A stretch of 64,000 nucleotides of DNA from Sphaerodactylus townsendi (Eukaryota): NCBI RefSeq assembly GCF_021028975.2, contig NC_059427.1:45942001-46006000 (forward strand). The letters run 5' to 3'. Below the pieces are notes generated by a model. The model saw only the letters and a program-made list of their open reading frames with translations, did not search any database and was not told where the DNA came from. Numbering within the stretch: position 1 is the stretch's first letter; every line of letters begins with the position of its first letter. The position numbers were made by a program, and so were the translations under genes. Positions 26,821 through 39,899 of this stretch are shown here, in pieces.

Positions 26821-27781
26821 AAAACAACAACACCCAGCTATTAACAGACACACTGTCCATGAAAGGTGTTTTCTAAAAGTTCAGGCCTTAGGTGCTCCTC
26901 AGCAGTTAATGGATATGAACTTACAACCTTATGGTACAGGTTACTTCTGTCTCACCTGTATGGAACATAAAGTGCCCAATGCCAGCCCCAAAGAACACCT
27001 GGGGTAACTGAAAGTGCAGTTCTCCCAGAGCACAATAGACAATGTGGCATCCTCTAGAGGCACCTGACCTGAATAAACTGTGCAGACCAGAAGAGGGGTT
27101 TAAAAAACTGTTTAAACCATATGCACTTGGAGAATTAACTGCTTCAGAAGAAGAATTAACTGCTTCAGGGGTGAAGAAGATGAGAACTCAGGTCTCTTGG
27201 AAGGTGAGGTGAAAAGGTGGAGTGGAGCAGGTAGGGACATCATGGAGGGACAGCCACAGGAATCACCCCTTGTCGAGACACTGCTGAGCACATCTACTTG
27301 GTGCTCCCAGACAACTTATTGCCATGGCTCTAACAATTTTGAAAGTAGGCTTTTCTGTCAGAGATCCCGACCCCAACAAAGAGAAATCAGAAGAAGCCAT
27401 GAAGAAACTAAAAAAAATACCAGTTAAGGCAGAAGGAAAAGTACAATCAAAGAACCAAAAACAAAGAACAACAAGGGGCAAGACAAAAGACTGAGGCTAA
27501 CATTTTCTGAGAGAAAGTTCTTCACAGTGCTGCATCTTAGATGGCCAAAAGAGAACTGTGAAGGATGGTGCAAGTTCTGCCTTTCCAGGTGTGTTCAGTA
27601 GGACTTTTCCCTGAGGGGAAAGGACTCTTGTGCCAAGTTTAGGTTTTTGCTCTAAAAGGTTCACAAAGGCATGTTTTGGTCATAGTAACAATACTGCGAT
27701 CAGATAATTCCTAAGGACTCTTGTGCTGTTGGAAACATAGTAAGAAATCATCTTCCCCCTCCCCCGCCCAATCAAACAAAC

Positions 27782-27956
27782 CTTTCTTTTTTCTTGGAAG
27801 GCCTTTTTGGCTGTTCTCGTGATTTACTCCTTGATTCTCTCCTTGATTTGCGCCTTGACGTTTCTTCATCATAAACTTCATAATAACCTCCTGGCTGTCT
27901 TAACTTTTGCCAGATACCCTCATAATGTAATAATCTATCCCCTGGGTAAAGAAGAG
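27782..27956 (-). CDS. EFCAB12: EFCAB12 exon (ALLYPGD...RQPGGYY...KKER)
   Basis: Conserved motifs; 175 nt, phase 1-2. Confidence 0.88.
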
Positions 27957-30170
27957 CTTTTGGACAGAGAACAAATAAAACCAAAAGATGAAATCAGAGA
28001 GTTATCACACAACAAAAACTGTTCAATACAACAGGACTTTTAACTACTACAACTTCAGCTATCTGAAGCATCCTGGGTTGGTTGAGACCTTTTGTTCATT
28101 TGCACGTAGAAGACCAAGTAATCAGGTTGTCTGAGGGAGTCCAACAAGTAATGGTTTTCATCTCTATACAATTACACAGAACAACGGTCTGAATTAAGAA
28201 GGCATCCTCGATAGCAATTCCACATCAGGGTGACCTGTCCAGTTATCTCACCTTGCTTCAGAGTTTCTTCTAACGTGCTGTGCGGTGGGAACTATGGGTT
28301 GTATTTCACAGGACTGTTCTACTAACTCTGGCATTTTCCTCCAATGTAACGATCTTTTGGTTGGCTCAGAGAGCTACAGAAAGCTCCTTGTAGCCAAGCA
28401 GTGCCACTGTCAGTGGTAGGGATCTATGGGATCCAACCACTGGCATGGTGAGGAGGGCACGAGGGGGCTAGAGCCCTGGGCACCACTTCCTGGGGGATGA
28501 ATTGCTGTGTACCCCTGCTCGCAACTGTGCTCCAGCCCTGAGGAGTTCAGGGCAGGGGTGCAGTTAAACAGTGGCCAGCAGGAGTGGCCCCTCTCCCAAA
28601 TTCCACATGGATCTCAGAAGGGGGCTAGCCGGGCTGGCCCTGCCCCCGAATTCCACATGGAGTTCAAGTGCAGGACCATCTGGCTCACCCCACCCCACCC
28701 AATCTCCACATCGAATTTGGGAGCGGCACAGCCAGTTTGCTGCTAACCTCAGCTCATTCGAGCCAGCTTTAAACCATGGGCTGACCAGCTCTAGCTTTAT
28801 ACTGTTGGCTCTGCTTGATGGAGTTTGGGAGGGCTCCCCATGGAATTGCGGGAGGTGCAGCGCCCAGAGTGAACCCTGGCTGCTGTTTAAGTAAGCTACA
28901 CCCCTGGATCCAACCCTGTATTTTTCTGTAGCTCAACATGCTGGGCTTAATAAGGAAATAGACGGTTCCCTAACAACAAATAGAGAAAAAAAGATATCAC
29001 AAAAACCAGAAAAATTAAAGAGTAGTCTTTTTTTCTCTTTGACTTCTTCATTTGTTCGTTTTTCTTTCTCTTACCTTTTCTGTTTCCTTCTTTTCTATTC
29101 TTTCTGTCAGAAAAAGTTTCAGCGTTTATGTTTGCAAGTGGGCAGGGTACTGGTGGTCCACAAACTATTTATATAAAGGCAATTGAAGGGTACAATAAGC
29201 CCACCCCAGCTTTCCTAACTCACAGAACTTTTTCAAGCACTGCCTTGGAAGAATACCTATAGTTGCATGAAGACAAGAAACTTATTGTTTATTTTGAATG
29301 CAATCTGAATTATCGAGAGACTGAGTTCCATCCCTAGTGCCCAGTTCTATAAATTTGGGCAGATTCAGTCACACAAGTTAGTTTTATTTGTAGTCAACAA
29401 CACTCCCACCTATACCAGATCCACTGCCACAAACATCCACAAAACCATAACTGTTGATTTGCTTCAGGTTTTGCTTTTGTCAGCCAGAAGCTTCCATCAT
29501 GAATTATCCTGAAGCTATGCATTTGGGCCTAAAGGACCGATTATGCACAAGGCATCTGCTGTGTGATGGGGACAAATGCACGTTGCTGCAAGATTTCTTG
29601 TACGGATGTATTTCCTCCAGCTCTGCTTTCACTTTCTATTCTCCCCATGGCAAGGGAGACCACTTCCAGCTTGGATTTAAGTTTGCCTCGCAGCCAGATT
29701 TGCCAGTGAACACTGCTTTGCTCCAGACCTCTTCCCTCCATCCACAGCCAGCCCACCTAGTCTCATTTCTTTGTGCTGCCCCTTGCCTTTCTCCCTGTGG
29801 CCAACTTCTTCCCACTTCTCTAAATGATTGTATCACTACATTGATATGGCTGTACAGGAACAGCACAAGTGTTTCTTTCTGGCTCCACCCCACCTCCTCC
29901 ACTCTCCTCTGATGATCAGGAGGGAATTTTAAAAACTTTCTTTCAGACAAGCTTCTGTTTTAAAAACAAGCCTCTCTTGCAGCAGCAGTGAGAAAGAGAG
30001 TGAGCGAGTAGGGATGTGTGTGTAGGGGAAGGGAGGGGAAGATAATATCAGTGAGATCTGTGTCTTTAAGGCTGCTGATGGGTGGAGTTAAGAGAAGCAG
30101 CAAAAAGAGGGGCCAGTTGAGACTTCAGCTAGCAGCTGCAAGAGAGGCACTGAGCTGCCTCCTCATGTGT

Positions 30171-30452
30171 AGAAGGAGAAGAGTTTGGATTTATATCCCC
30201 CCCCTCAAAGGGGCTTACAATTTCCTTTCCCTTCCCCCCTACAACTAATACCCTGTGAGGTGGGTGGGGCTGAGAGAGCTCCGCAGAGCTGTGAGTAGCC
30301 CAAGGTCACCCAGCTGGCTTGTGTTGGAGTGCACAGGCTAACCTAGTTGCTCAGATAAGCCTCCACAGCTCAAATGGCAGAGCGGGGGAATCAAACCCAG
30401 TTCTCCAGATTAGAGTGCACCTGCTCTTAACCACTACGCCACTGCTGCTCCT
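30171..30452 (-). mobile_element. tRNA-derived SINE (Squam-type)
   Basis: Head GCAGTGGCGTAGTGGTTAAGAGC...GGGTTTGATTCCC; (TTC/CT)n tail. Confidence 0.75.
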
Positions 30453-30588
30453 AAACAAAGAAGCATGAGAAGAGCCCTCTGTAAGTTCACTAGTCTGAGA
30501 AGAATCCCAAGGCAAGCGTTCCCTGTGTAATTGGCCAAGCAGAATTCAGACTATTCATTTCCCTGCCAATCCCTTGGTTTTACTGTAC

Positions 30589-30802
30589 CTCTTTTCAGCA
30601 GTTTTTCAGTAAGCTGAACTCCGTATTGTTCACAAAGCTTGACGCACTGAAACCAGACCAGGTGGCAAGTCATCCGATGCTGGTCCACCAGTTCTCCCAT
30701 GTCACCCTCAATAGTGCTCGGCTTGCAATGCTCATCCACAACCCGGTCTCCAGTCTTCACCACTCGACAATTTTCTGCCCATTCTAAGGGGTTCATCTTC
30801 CT
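30589..30802 (-). CDS. EFCAB12: EFCAB12 exon (RKMNPLEW...DEHCKPSTIEGDM...LLKR)
   Basis: DEHCxPSTIxGDM motif; 214 nt, phase 0-1. Confidence 0.9.
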
Positions 30803-31644
30803 CTGTAACACAAGACAACATCTTTGTTATAGAAGACCTGACATTGTTACAAAACAACCAAATATCATTGCGAAAAACTGGTGCCAGTGAAGAGGTGTGA
30901 AGGATTCTTCGCCTGGAAAAAAAATTCCCAACATTTAAGAGTACCTGTAAGAATTAAGACTGACATGTATCAGTCAGTGTTCCTCAGGGCCTGCAAGACG
31001 GAAATCTTCCATCACGCCTTTAGTTGTGGCCTCCCACTGTCTTTATTTCATCAGCTGACCTCCCAACTCACAATCATATTTATCATTCATGTTTATTTAT
31101 TGATTGCTGATGCCAACCCTTTTGGTCTTGGTTTTATGATGGTCATTTGGAAATTCGCTCTGTCGCCATCTTGGGGTTATGGCTTTAATGACTGTGACTT
31201 ATATTTTGTATTGTTATGTTTTAAATTCTGTGAGTCGCCCTGAGCCCGACCCTAGTTGGGAAGGGCAGGAAACCAATTTAATAAGAAAATAAAAAAATAA
31301 CAGAACCCTAGTGCAACAGTAGTCACTGGAGGACAAGGTGATTGCCTCTACAATACAATGCTGCAGATCTTTGAGGAATAGTGCTATGCATGCTGTTTGT
31401 GCGTGTTGGGAATATGACTACTTTTCCACAAATAGTCCCGCCAGGGCTATTTTGGGACAGGAAAACCATCATGGGGGGCTGGAGTCCCTTCTCCCTCGTA
31501 CCATGGTCCTGATCCAAGTTGGAGTTATGTATGCTTGAGAACTGAAATATGTGGCTAATTACATGAGAACGTGTTAGGAGAACCCAGACCTGACTGTCAG
31601 AAAATTGTCTCATATCATTTGGCCCTAAGACATGCAAAATGCTG

Positions 31645-31844
31645 TCAGGTCGCAGCTGACTTTTGGCAACACAGTAGGTTCTTCAAAGCAAGGAACTAAC
31701 AGATGTGGTTTGCCATTGCCTTCTTCTGCATGGTGACCCTGGTGTTCCTGGGTGGTCTCCCACCCAAGTACTAACCACGCCAACCCTGCTTAGCTTCTGA
31801 AATGTCACAATATCAGGCAAGCCTGGGCCATCCAGGTCAGGCCC
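31645..31844 (-). mobile_element. 5S rRNA-derived SINE (5S-Sauria-like)
   Basis: AGAAGCTAAGCAGGGT...GGTTAGTACTTGGGTGGGAGACC (5S internal control region) fused to a GGCAATGGCAAACCAC tail. Confidence 0.75.
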
Positions 31845-31909
31845 TCAAAGAGAGATACACACCCAAACCCACCTCAATCATATAAACTGGTACCAAAGGA
31901 ATACAGTAC

Positions 31910-32130
31910 CTTCAGCCGCCGTCTCACTTCTCTGTATCTCTTCCCAACCTCTTCCATTGTATTATAAGATAGTTGCATACGGTCCGGTGCCAGGTCAGTG
32001 GGGGGGACTTCCAAGTAGTTTGATGCAGGTTTCTGAGATGGTTCAACTTTAGACTTGCCACAGCTTGATGGAAGACCCTTTGAAGTCACAGGGCCAACTT
32101 TTGGGACAGTAGGTGGGAGCCCTTTTGTAC
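31910..32130 (-). CDS. EFCAB12: EFCAB12 exon (GTKGLPP...MEEVGKRYREVRRRLK)
   Basis: MEEVGKRYRE motif; 221 nt, phase 1-0. Confidence 0.88.
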
Positions 32131-32612
32131 CTGTCAAAGGAGAAAAGACACTCAGTTACAAATCTATCAAAATTGTCCTACCTAATCATCTAAATGTGTT
32201 GCATCCTCTGAGCCAAACTACAGACAAGCCTTCTGTCTTCAGTATTGCACACTAGAGGATCCCATCACAGACACAAAGCTTTCCGGGGGGGGGGGGGGGG
32301 GGCCTCCTTAATCTTTCTCCTCTGTATCCTTTCCTCCAACTGAAGATGCCCACACTGATTTGCTAGCAGCCTTGTTTTACTGTTGCTAACCTGAGCTGTT
32401 TTGATTGGCTAATGTTTAGTCAGTTTACCTAATACTGACTGTTTTACATTGGCTTTATGTTTGTTGTGGCCTACTTTAGACTGGTTTGCTCAGGAGAAGC
32501 AGCAGAGAAATGTGAGGGGGAAAAGACAAGAATCTGTATTGTGCCTGAGCCAGTGCCATCCCCCCCAAAAAACTTTTTTAGACCAAACGAGGGGCTCTGT
32601 GTCACTCACATG

Positions 32613-32753
32613 GGCCCCTTCCGCACACGCAAAATAATGCATTTTCAAACCACTTTCACAACTGTTTGCAAGTGGATTTTGCCATTCCGCACAGCTTCAA
32701 AGAGCACTGAAAGCAGTTTGAAAGTGCATTATTTTGCATGTGCGGAATGAGCC
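32613..32753. mobile_element. 141-bp PIF/Harbinger-like MITE, copy 3
   Basis: 3-bp TSD ATG/ATG. Confidence 0.78.
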
Positions 32754-33991
32754 ATGCAGTTTGGTCCTTACAGTATAAAGTGATCCACCCAATGCTTTCA
32801 CCTCTGGATTCCACTGACACTTCTGCTTTCGTTATGGGAAGATTTCATGAGATGTTAAAACAATAACTTCTCATTGAAGCCAACAGGCTTAGAAGGAGGT
32901 GGCTGTTTAAGATTGTACTGTCAGGCTTTCATGCTTTTAAATTCCATGTATATGCCAATTAGTATGATTTCACAGTTTTATAAATGACATATTTTATGTT
33001 ATTAAAACAGGAAAATACGTTTCAATTTGATAGGAAAGCAAGTATTATACATATTTCAATTCCTTCCCTAAATATATACTTTTTGTGCCCTCCTCCAAGT
33101 CCTCAAATTACTCCCCCAATGGTTTCAATATTTCTGGAAATTTCACATCTCTGAAAAGTACACATTCTACTTATTCAAAACAGACGTGTCAATGTCCATG
33201 TTTTCAGGTACACAGAAATGTCACACAGGGAACAATCACACACACATTTCTTTTCCACAGAAATGTGTATCCAGTATGTTTCAGAAGCATTTCCAGAGAC
33301 TGTTACAAGTGACGGAAGAGTGAGAAAACTAGCCAGGCAGCCCAATCCAGAGGAGGGGGGACTGAATCGGCTTTTGGAGCCAGTGGGGGACTGCGCAGGC
33401 ATGTTTGCCCACTCTGCTGGCGTATGTTGCACTTACGTCAGCAGGGGAGCGCAAACTGAGAGGCGGGCTGGGGCATTCCTAAAGTCGGATCCCACTGGGC
33501 TTTGAAGCCAGAGACACCCCTGGCACAGGCCCCAGACTGTTCAGCCCTCGGGAGGGCTTTCAGGCAGCTGGGGAGTTTCTGGAGCTTGCTGCCTTCCCAC
33601 ACCACCTGGAAGCCCTCTGGAGGCGGTGTGGCGGCCCAGCAGCACCACCAGTCCCAACCATCAGAGTCCTCTGGATTAGGGTGTAAATCGCCAACAATGT
33701 AGAACTCAAAGGAGCTCCAGCACTTTTTAGCAAGTAAACTTGTTACATGATCATTTCTGATAGCAGAGTGACTTCTTCAAGAAGGAATGAAATCTTGCTT
33801 GCAATACTGAATCTAGCGTAGGAACTCATTCTTCTAGCACAGACTTCATGGTGGGCTTAGCCATGCTTACACAGTGAACCTTTCACTCTGAAAATTCACT
33901 CTGGACGAGGGAATCACTTTTGTCATAGAATCTAGCAGGGCTTGTGTAGTACAAAATTATCTGCCTGCAGGGGCCAGCAGGGGGTCTATAT

Positions 33992-34176
33992 CAGTGGTTC
34001 TCAACCTTCCTAATGCCAGGACCCTTTCATACAGTTCCTCATGTTGGGGTGACCCCCAACCCTAGCATTTATCCATTTTACAGATGGAGAACACTGATGC
34101 AGAGAGTCTTAGGCGACCGCTGTGAAAGGGTTGTTCGACCCCCAAAGGGGTCCCGGGCCCCAGGTTGAGAACCACT
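33992..34176. mobile_element. SPIN/URR1-like hAT MITE with a foreign middle segment
   Basis: CAGTGGTTCTCAACCTTCCTAATGC...CAGTTCCTCATGTTG and GTCTTAGGCGACC...GTGAAAGGG...CAGGTTGAGAACCACT ends; right end runs into the gap. Confidence 0.75.
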
Positions 34177-34358
34177 NNNNNNNNNNNNNNNNNNNNNNNN
34201 NNNNNNNNNNNNNNNNNNNNNNNNNNNNNNNNNNNNNNNNNNNNNNNNNNNNNNNNNNNNNNNNNNNNNNNNNNNNNNNNNNNNNNNNNNNNNNNNNNNN
34301 NNNNNNNNNNNNNNNNNNNNNNNNNNNNNNNNNNNNNNNNNNNNNNNNNNNNNNNNNN
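34177..34358. other. Assembly gap (182 N)
   Basis: Run of n. Confidence 1.
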
Positions 34359-34689
34359 TGTATTAGCTACTTTTCTACCTTGTAGGAACTCAAGGTGGCT
34401 TACATTGTAAATCATAATAAAACACAAAAAATACCATTAAAACACCAGTTAAAGTCAATAACGTAAAACTGCCGGTAGACAGAGGAACTAATCAAATCTG
34501 TCATGAATAATACTGACTTCAGTTGCCTCCTAACTATCAAGAATGAGGGGGCCAGGTGTACCTCCTTGGGGCAGTTGTTCTTCAATTGTGGGGCTGCAAC
34601 TGAAAAGGCCCTCTCTCAGGTACCCACCAACGGAGGCTAAATATGTCAGGAGAACTGAAAACTGCTTCACCACTCTTCTTTTCCCCCAC

Positions 34690-34861
34690 CTGATTTGCCC
34701 TCTTTGGATTCTTTCGCCTGTTTCCATTGCTCCTTTAGGTAATCAGACCATATTTTCTGACTCTCAATCAGATCACTGTGGGTTATATACTGCCCTTTCC
34801 TTGTAGAAGTGAGGTAGACGACCACATCCTCCAAGTCAGCTTTACTGACAGGCACCCTTGT
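34690..34861 (-). CDS. EFCAB12: EFCAB12 exon (TRVPVSKADLEDVVVYL...GKS)
   Basis: Similar to human VPLKNQEVEDIVIYL; 172 nt, phase 0-1. Confidence 0.82.
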
Positions 34862-37283
34862 CTGGAAACAAAGATAGAAGTGAAACAAAGATTTGTAAAA
34901 AGTGACATAAAGGTCTGGAAACAAAGATAAAAGGGCAACTGCAGTCATGTCAGATCACATTTCAGATTGAGGGAATGACACTCCACAAGCAACACGTTCT
35001 TACACGGAGATTTCCTCCACATAGGAATCCCAAATGTACAGCATGGCCCTGAACCAACTACACACATGCACATGTGCCCTGGCAGCACATGGATATAGAT
35101 TGACGTTTTCCCCAAATGCATTCTTGGGTGCACCAATGGGTGCAAAAAGGTTTTGGGAAAGCATATGCATGTCCTAATCTGATTTCAGTGGAAACAGTCT
35201 CCCATTTATGCAAGACATACCATGTGCCTCAACAGGAGCTGGACACAAGTGCCCTGTCACAAAGAAATTTACCTTGCAGCTGGAGAAAGATAGATGTTTG
35301 TGGTTGTTTGAAACAAGGGAGGTATCTCTGCATACGTACATACTTTTACAGAAAAGGATGCTTGTATGTTGATTCCATAAGAATAAGCTCCTATCTTGGT
35401 CATGAGCAGGTATACGCCGTCAAAACGCAATCAATACACATATTTCCCTTCAAATGCATCTAAATGCAGCCAGAAGCTGCAACTTGCCATCAGGGGTTTG
35501 GAGACTTCAATAGCTAGGGAAGGCTGTCAAGAATTGAGATCCTTGCTTTTGCCATTCAAAGGCCCTTCCCCACCGTGTGGATCTATCTTATGTTGCAGAT
35601 GGCCACCTCTGTGCCAGGTATCTGTTTCATGGATTAAGAATAAGCTCCACACAAATGGGCAGCTATGTGTACTTTTGTGATTCCAGATGCAGGGGATTGT
35701 GAGCACTGGGTGCGTTGAACAAATTGTTGGTTTGACAGAAGCATGCCAAACCAGGTGCTAATCACTAGTTCAAATGGATCAGTAGAATCAGCTCCCATTT
35801 GGTGCCACCATCGTGTGAAACAGGGGTCAGTTGGCATACATCTGAACTAGAGACAACTGCCAGTGTCTATGGGCACCAAATTATGTCCCATGTGACGTTT
35901 TAGCCCTCTGATCTTTTTTCCCTTGATAAATGATATTCTTCATAATTGACAAAAAGAGAAAAATAGATACATGCATTATTAACTGAAATGGAGCTTAGCA
36001 TTAGTACTATTCCACACTTAAGGGTGCCTTTAATGTTTTCTGATAATTTTAGACTAAATATTTAGACATTTGATTAAATCTGTAATTTTTAAAGTTAACT
36101 GTTACCTATGGCACCCATTAACCAAGAGGACTATTAGTATAACAACTTTACTACTACTTCTAAGCTCCAGTATTAAAGCTGTGTCATTTTAACTCTTGAT
36201 CAGTCTCTATCGACATTAAAAGAAAAATAACCTTATTCTTGTTTTCAAGAATAATAAGCAAAATACAACTTCTCTTGGAAAGTTTGATTGGTCTTCTATT
36301 TACGAAGTTCATTAGTTTTGCCATTGTGGCATATTCTCTTAATTTATTTTCCCAGTTTTCTAAATAAGAACATTCTTCTGCTTTCCAATTTAACTGCAAA
36401 TACCACCCTGACAACTGTCTGGATGTTGTAGAGAGCCAAAAGGGTGGGTATAATGAAAACTACAGTTGGAAAACTCGGGCACCTGAAGAGATGCTTCTCC
36501 TCAGTTTCCAGAGAATAAGGCTAACTGAGCACAGAGTAAGCAAGCTACTTTCAAAAGCTGGATACTGCAACTGGCCCTTGGCAAGAGGATGGATTAGTCT
36601 ATGCCACAAGTTTTCCTCTGCTGCCCTCCTCTCTTCCTCAGTGTGAAGTGAGTCAAACCGTATGCAAACCATTTCCCGCAAACTCTTCTACTGCCTCTGA
36701 TTATACTGGGCATTGACACAAAAGAACTTTAGCGTTACATGGTAAGAGAGTGGTGTTGTAGGCAACAAACAGTCTAACTTGAGGGCTGTGGGAATGGAAT
36801 AATAGGAACAGAGGCCGCTGTGGGGGCAAGGCCTCGTAATATCCTACCCAAGAAATCCAGCGTCAAACCCCGAGAGAGGGGGAGATCTCTTCCAGTCTCT
36901 CTGAACTGCTTACCCATCTATATGGGCTCACAGAAAGGTTTGAAATAAGCCAACCGTAAACTTTTTAATAGACTGTGATCTCATTTAAGTACTTATAACC
37001 CATAGGTAGACTGATCCATACCACACAGACTGGTTTTTTTTTAGTTCTTTTGTTTTAACACAGTTTAATTGCCTGTGGAATATAATTATTGCTAAGCTTG
37101 TATACCCAACACAGAGAGAAAGGCTGAAAGAGAAGATTGACATCAAAAAGGTGTAAGTTTGCTCAGGATGGCCTTGTTCATCTACCTTTTCTTATTTTGC
37201 TTTCAAGGAATGCCCACATTTACTTACATGTAAACAGGGAAATATTTTATGAATGGACGTTCCTACTGGACGTTCCTACTAAC

Positions 37284-37472
37284 CTTTTCAATGATTCTGA
37301 TGAAGTCTTCTCTCTTGAAATTCATGGTCCTGGACCGATCTTCTTTGCCGAATACATCCACCAGCTTGAGTTTCTGCTTTTGCAGAAGATTTTGCAGGGT
37401 AATGAGAGATTCTGGGTAGGGAGCTGTGACGACAGGGATGGTTCTCTTTGTCTTTCTTGCTGGCAGTTGCTC
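37284..37472 (-). CDS. EFCAB12: EFCAB12 EF-hand exon (EQLPARK...KLVDVFGKEDRSRTMNFKREDFIRIIEK)
   Basis: 189 nt, phase 0-0, AG/GT. Confidence 0.85.
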
Positions 37473-37933
37473 CTGAAAAACACCAAAATACTTAAAGAGA
37501 CCTGGACAATGTTATTCCAGCATCAGATAAACCAGAAGGAACTACTTGGGGGTGGGGGTGGGGAAGAGACAGACTATAACAGGGATATAACATAATATCC
37601 CCTTTATGGTCTGCTCAGCCCAGTTTCCAAACATGTCTTTTCTATTCCCCAAATCTTTTCCCTGGAATCAGTGATGATTCTGTTGCTTCTTGTTGTCTCC
37701 TCTGCTCTGGCCTTACTTGAATGAGGTACTGAAGAACAGTTTTTCTGCATTCTGAGGTGAAATCTAGTTTTGGCACCGCTCTTCAACCACACAGAGATTC
37801 ACAAAATGGTTACGAAGCTTTCACTTCTCTAGATGTCAAAGTCCTTCCAAGTCCAGTTGAGAGGATGGTCTGGTTGAATGAGTGCTGGTGAGCCAATCCA
37901 GCAGATGGGGGTTGAGAAACAGGCTTCGCTTAC

Positions 37934-38434
37934 CTCGGTACTGCTGGTAGCAACAGCTAACTGGACATTCATCTGGGCCTTCTTCACTTCTTTGGCCTCC
38001 TTAATTTTTCTGAGGATTTTGGCTTCCTGGTCACTGATGGATTCTTTTTCCATCAGCCACAACTCAACATCTGCACATTGGTTCAATAGATTCCGCAATT
38101 TCTTCCTGTCTTCAATCCAAGCTGCCAATTCTCTAACTTTATCCTCCTCTGTAGGGATTTTAGTAACTTCCTTAAGATGTTCTTGGGCAGCGAACATTTC
38201 CTGCTTTTGACCCAACAATTCGGGTGATGGTGGTTTGGCCCTAGGAAGAGATGCCCCTTGCATAGGTGGGGCAATAATAATGCGACGTCTAGATACCACT
38301 CGGCCAAATCGACTTGGTTCCAGTTTAAAGAAAACATTTGGATGTTTCTCTCTAAGCTTGTAGCGTTTAAAGCAATGCTGAATAAACCCATCCAAGTTGT
38401 GCTCTGATCCTTCTTTAAGCAACTCGTCAGGCAT
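37934..38434 (-). CDS. EFCAB12: EFCAB12 large 5' coding exon (MPDELL...HCFK...RRRIIIAP...SSTE)
   Basis: Acceptor at 38449-38448, in-frame ATG at 38434, gtaagc donor; an upstream coding exon cannot be excluded. Confidence 0.82.
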
Positions 38435-38519
38435 GATGTTGCCATCACTGGGAAGAGATGGAACAGGTGAAAAATTAGACATCTGAATTGAAATCATATT
38501 TCAGAGCAAAAGTGAGGCA

Positions 38520-38808
38520 TGCCTCACCTACTGACCTTGCTATCTCCATTGTTACTCACATGCTACACTTCATTGTTACTCACTTGCCAGGCCACTCCTA
38601 TTCAGATGCCCTCACCTATTGACCTTTACTCACCCTTACTCACTCCACTTGCTTTCCTTTCCTACTATCAGATCCTCTGAAGATGCCAGCCACAGATGCA
38701 GGCAAAACGTCAGGAGAGAATGCTGCTAGAATACAGCCATACTGCCCAGAAACCACACAGCACCCCAGCGATTCTGGCCCTGAAAGCCTTCGAGAAGCCT
38801 TCGATACA
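38520..38808 (+). mobile_element. Penelope 3'/pLTR fragment with a mutated hammerhead (GAAA to AAAA)
   Basis: Reverse-homologous to 1731-1850 and 8340-8430. Confidence 0.8.
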
Positions 38809-39609
38809 TTTAACAGTCAGCTAAATTATGTTCAGAGCAGGGGTCCCCAGCATGATGTCTGAAGGCGCCATAGTGCCCGCTGACACTTTTTCTGGTGCCT
38901 GTCAAGTGTGTTTAGGAAGTGGGTGGGGCCAGACAGGGTTTTTGCCCCAGCAAGGCTTCTGATTGACTACTGTAGATTTGATTTGGTTGTGCAGATTTTT
39001 TTAAAAAAATATTTCTTTGGCAGCAGCTGTTACCACATCACAAAGATCTGCACAGTGTTACTGAAATTAAGCTATGGCAATCATTCTGTGGCTTGCTCCA
39101 ACTCAGGGCAACTATTTTGTTACTGCACCCACCAAGTTGGGTCAGAATTCCAAATATATCAACAAGCTGAAAAGTGTCATATCTTGGACACTGGCACAGC
39201 TCCAGGGGAGTGGCTTCTACCTGGTGTGGCTGCTGCAGAGCTGTGTGGTGTCCACACACGGCCATCTTTGCTCTCCCCACTGCATAGGTGCCCCTTGTGC
39301 TGGTGGGGTGGGCAAATGTGCCAGTGCAGTCCTCCACTGCTTCAACAGGCTGATTCACCAACCACCCCATCTGGACTGGGCCCTTAGAAAAGTTCCCAGC
39401 AGCAAATACAGAAAGATAATTTTATGATAAATTTATGAACAGCAGCAATACAAACACATATACTTATGACACCACAGAAATAATCTGTTTTAATGATGAA
39501 AAAAACTGGGGGACTGAATTAAGTGAAGGAAGAAACATTTATAATTTGTCACTTTCTTCCTGAGAATCATTGTGTATTGGACTAGCAAATGGGGTCAGTT
39601 GGCACAGGA

Positions 39610-39880
39610 TGTATACTCAAAAACAGTCAAAACATTTTAAAAACGACAATATAGTGTTATTAACATTAATGAATTCTTATCACTACATTAATGAATTTCT
39701 ATTATTTTAGTATTTTTCCACTGTTTAGGTAACATGTTATGAAATGATGTTCAGAGCGTAGTAGTCATTTCGCAACATATTGCCTAAACAGTGTAAAAAA
39801 TACTACAATAAGAACCCATTGACGTAAATAAAGGCATATTGTCGTTTGTAAAGTATTTCGACTGCAGTTTTTTTTGTACA
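39610..39880. mobile_element. Fold-back (palindromic) MITE
   Basis: Arms such as CACTGTTTAGGTAACATGTTATGAAATGA / TCATTTCGCAACATATTGCCTAAACAGTG. Confidence 0.65.
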
Positions 39881-39899
39881 TGATCCATTTTAATTAAAA

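Noticed and set aside
31645-31844. 5S rRNA gene (also 51415-51592 and 14500-14697)
   Set aside because: Partial, diverged 5S sequence fused to a LINE-derived tail, so a SINE
34062-34427. ORFs spanning the N run
   Set aside because: Artefacts of the assembly gap
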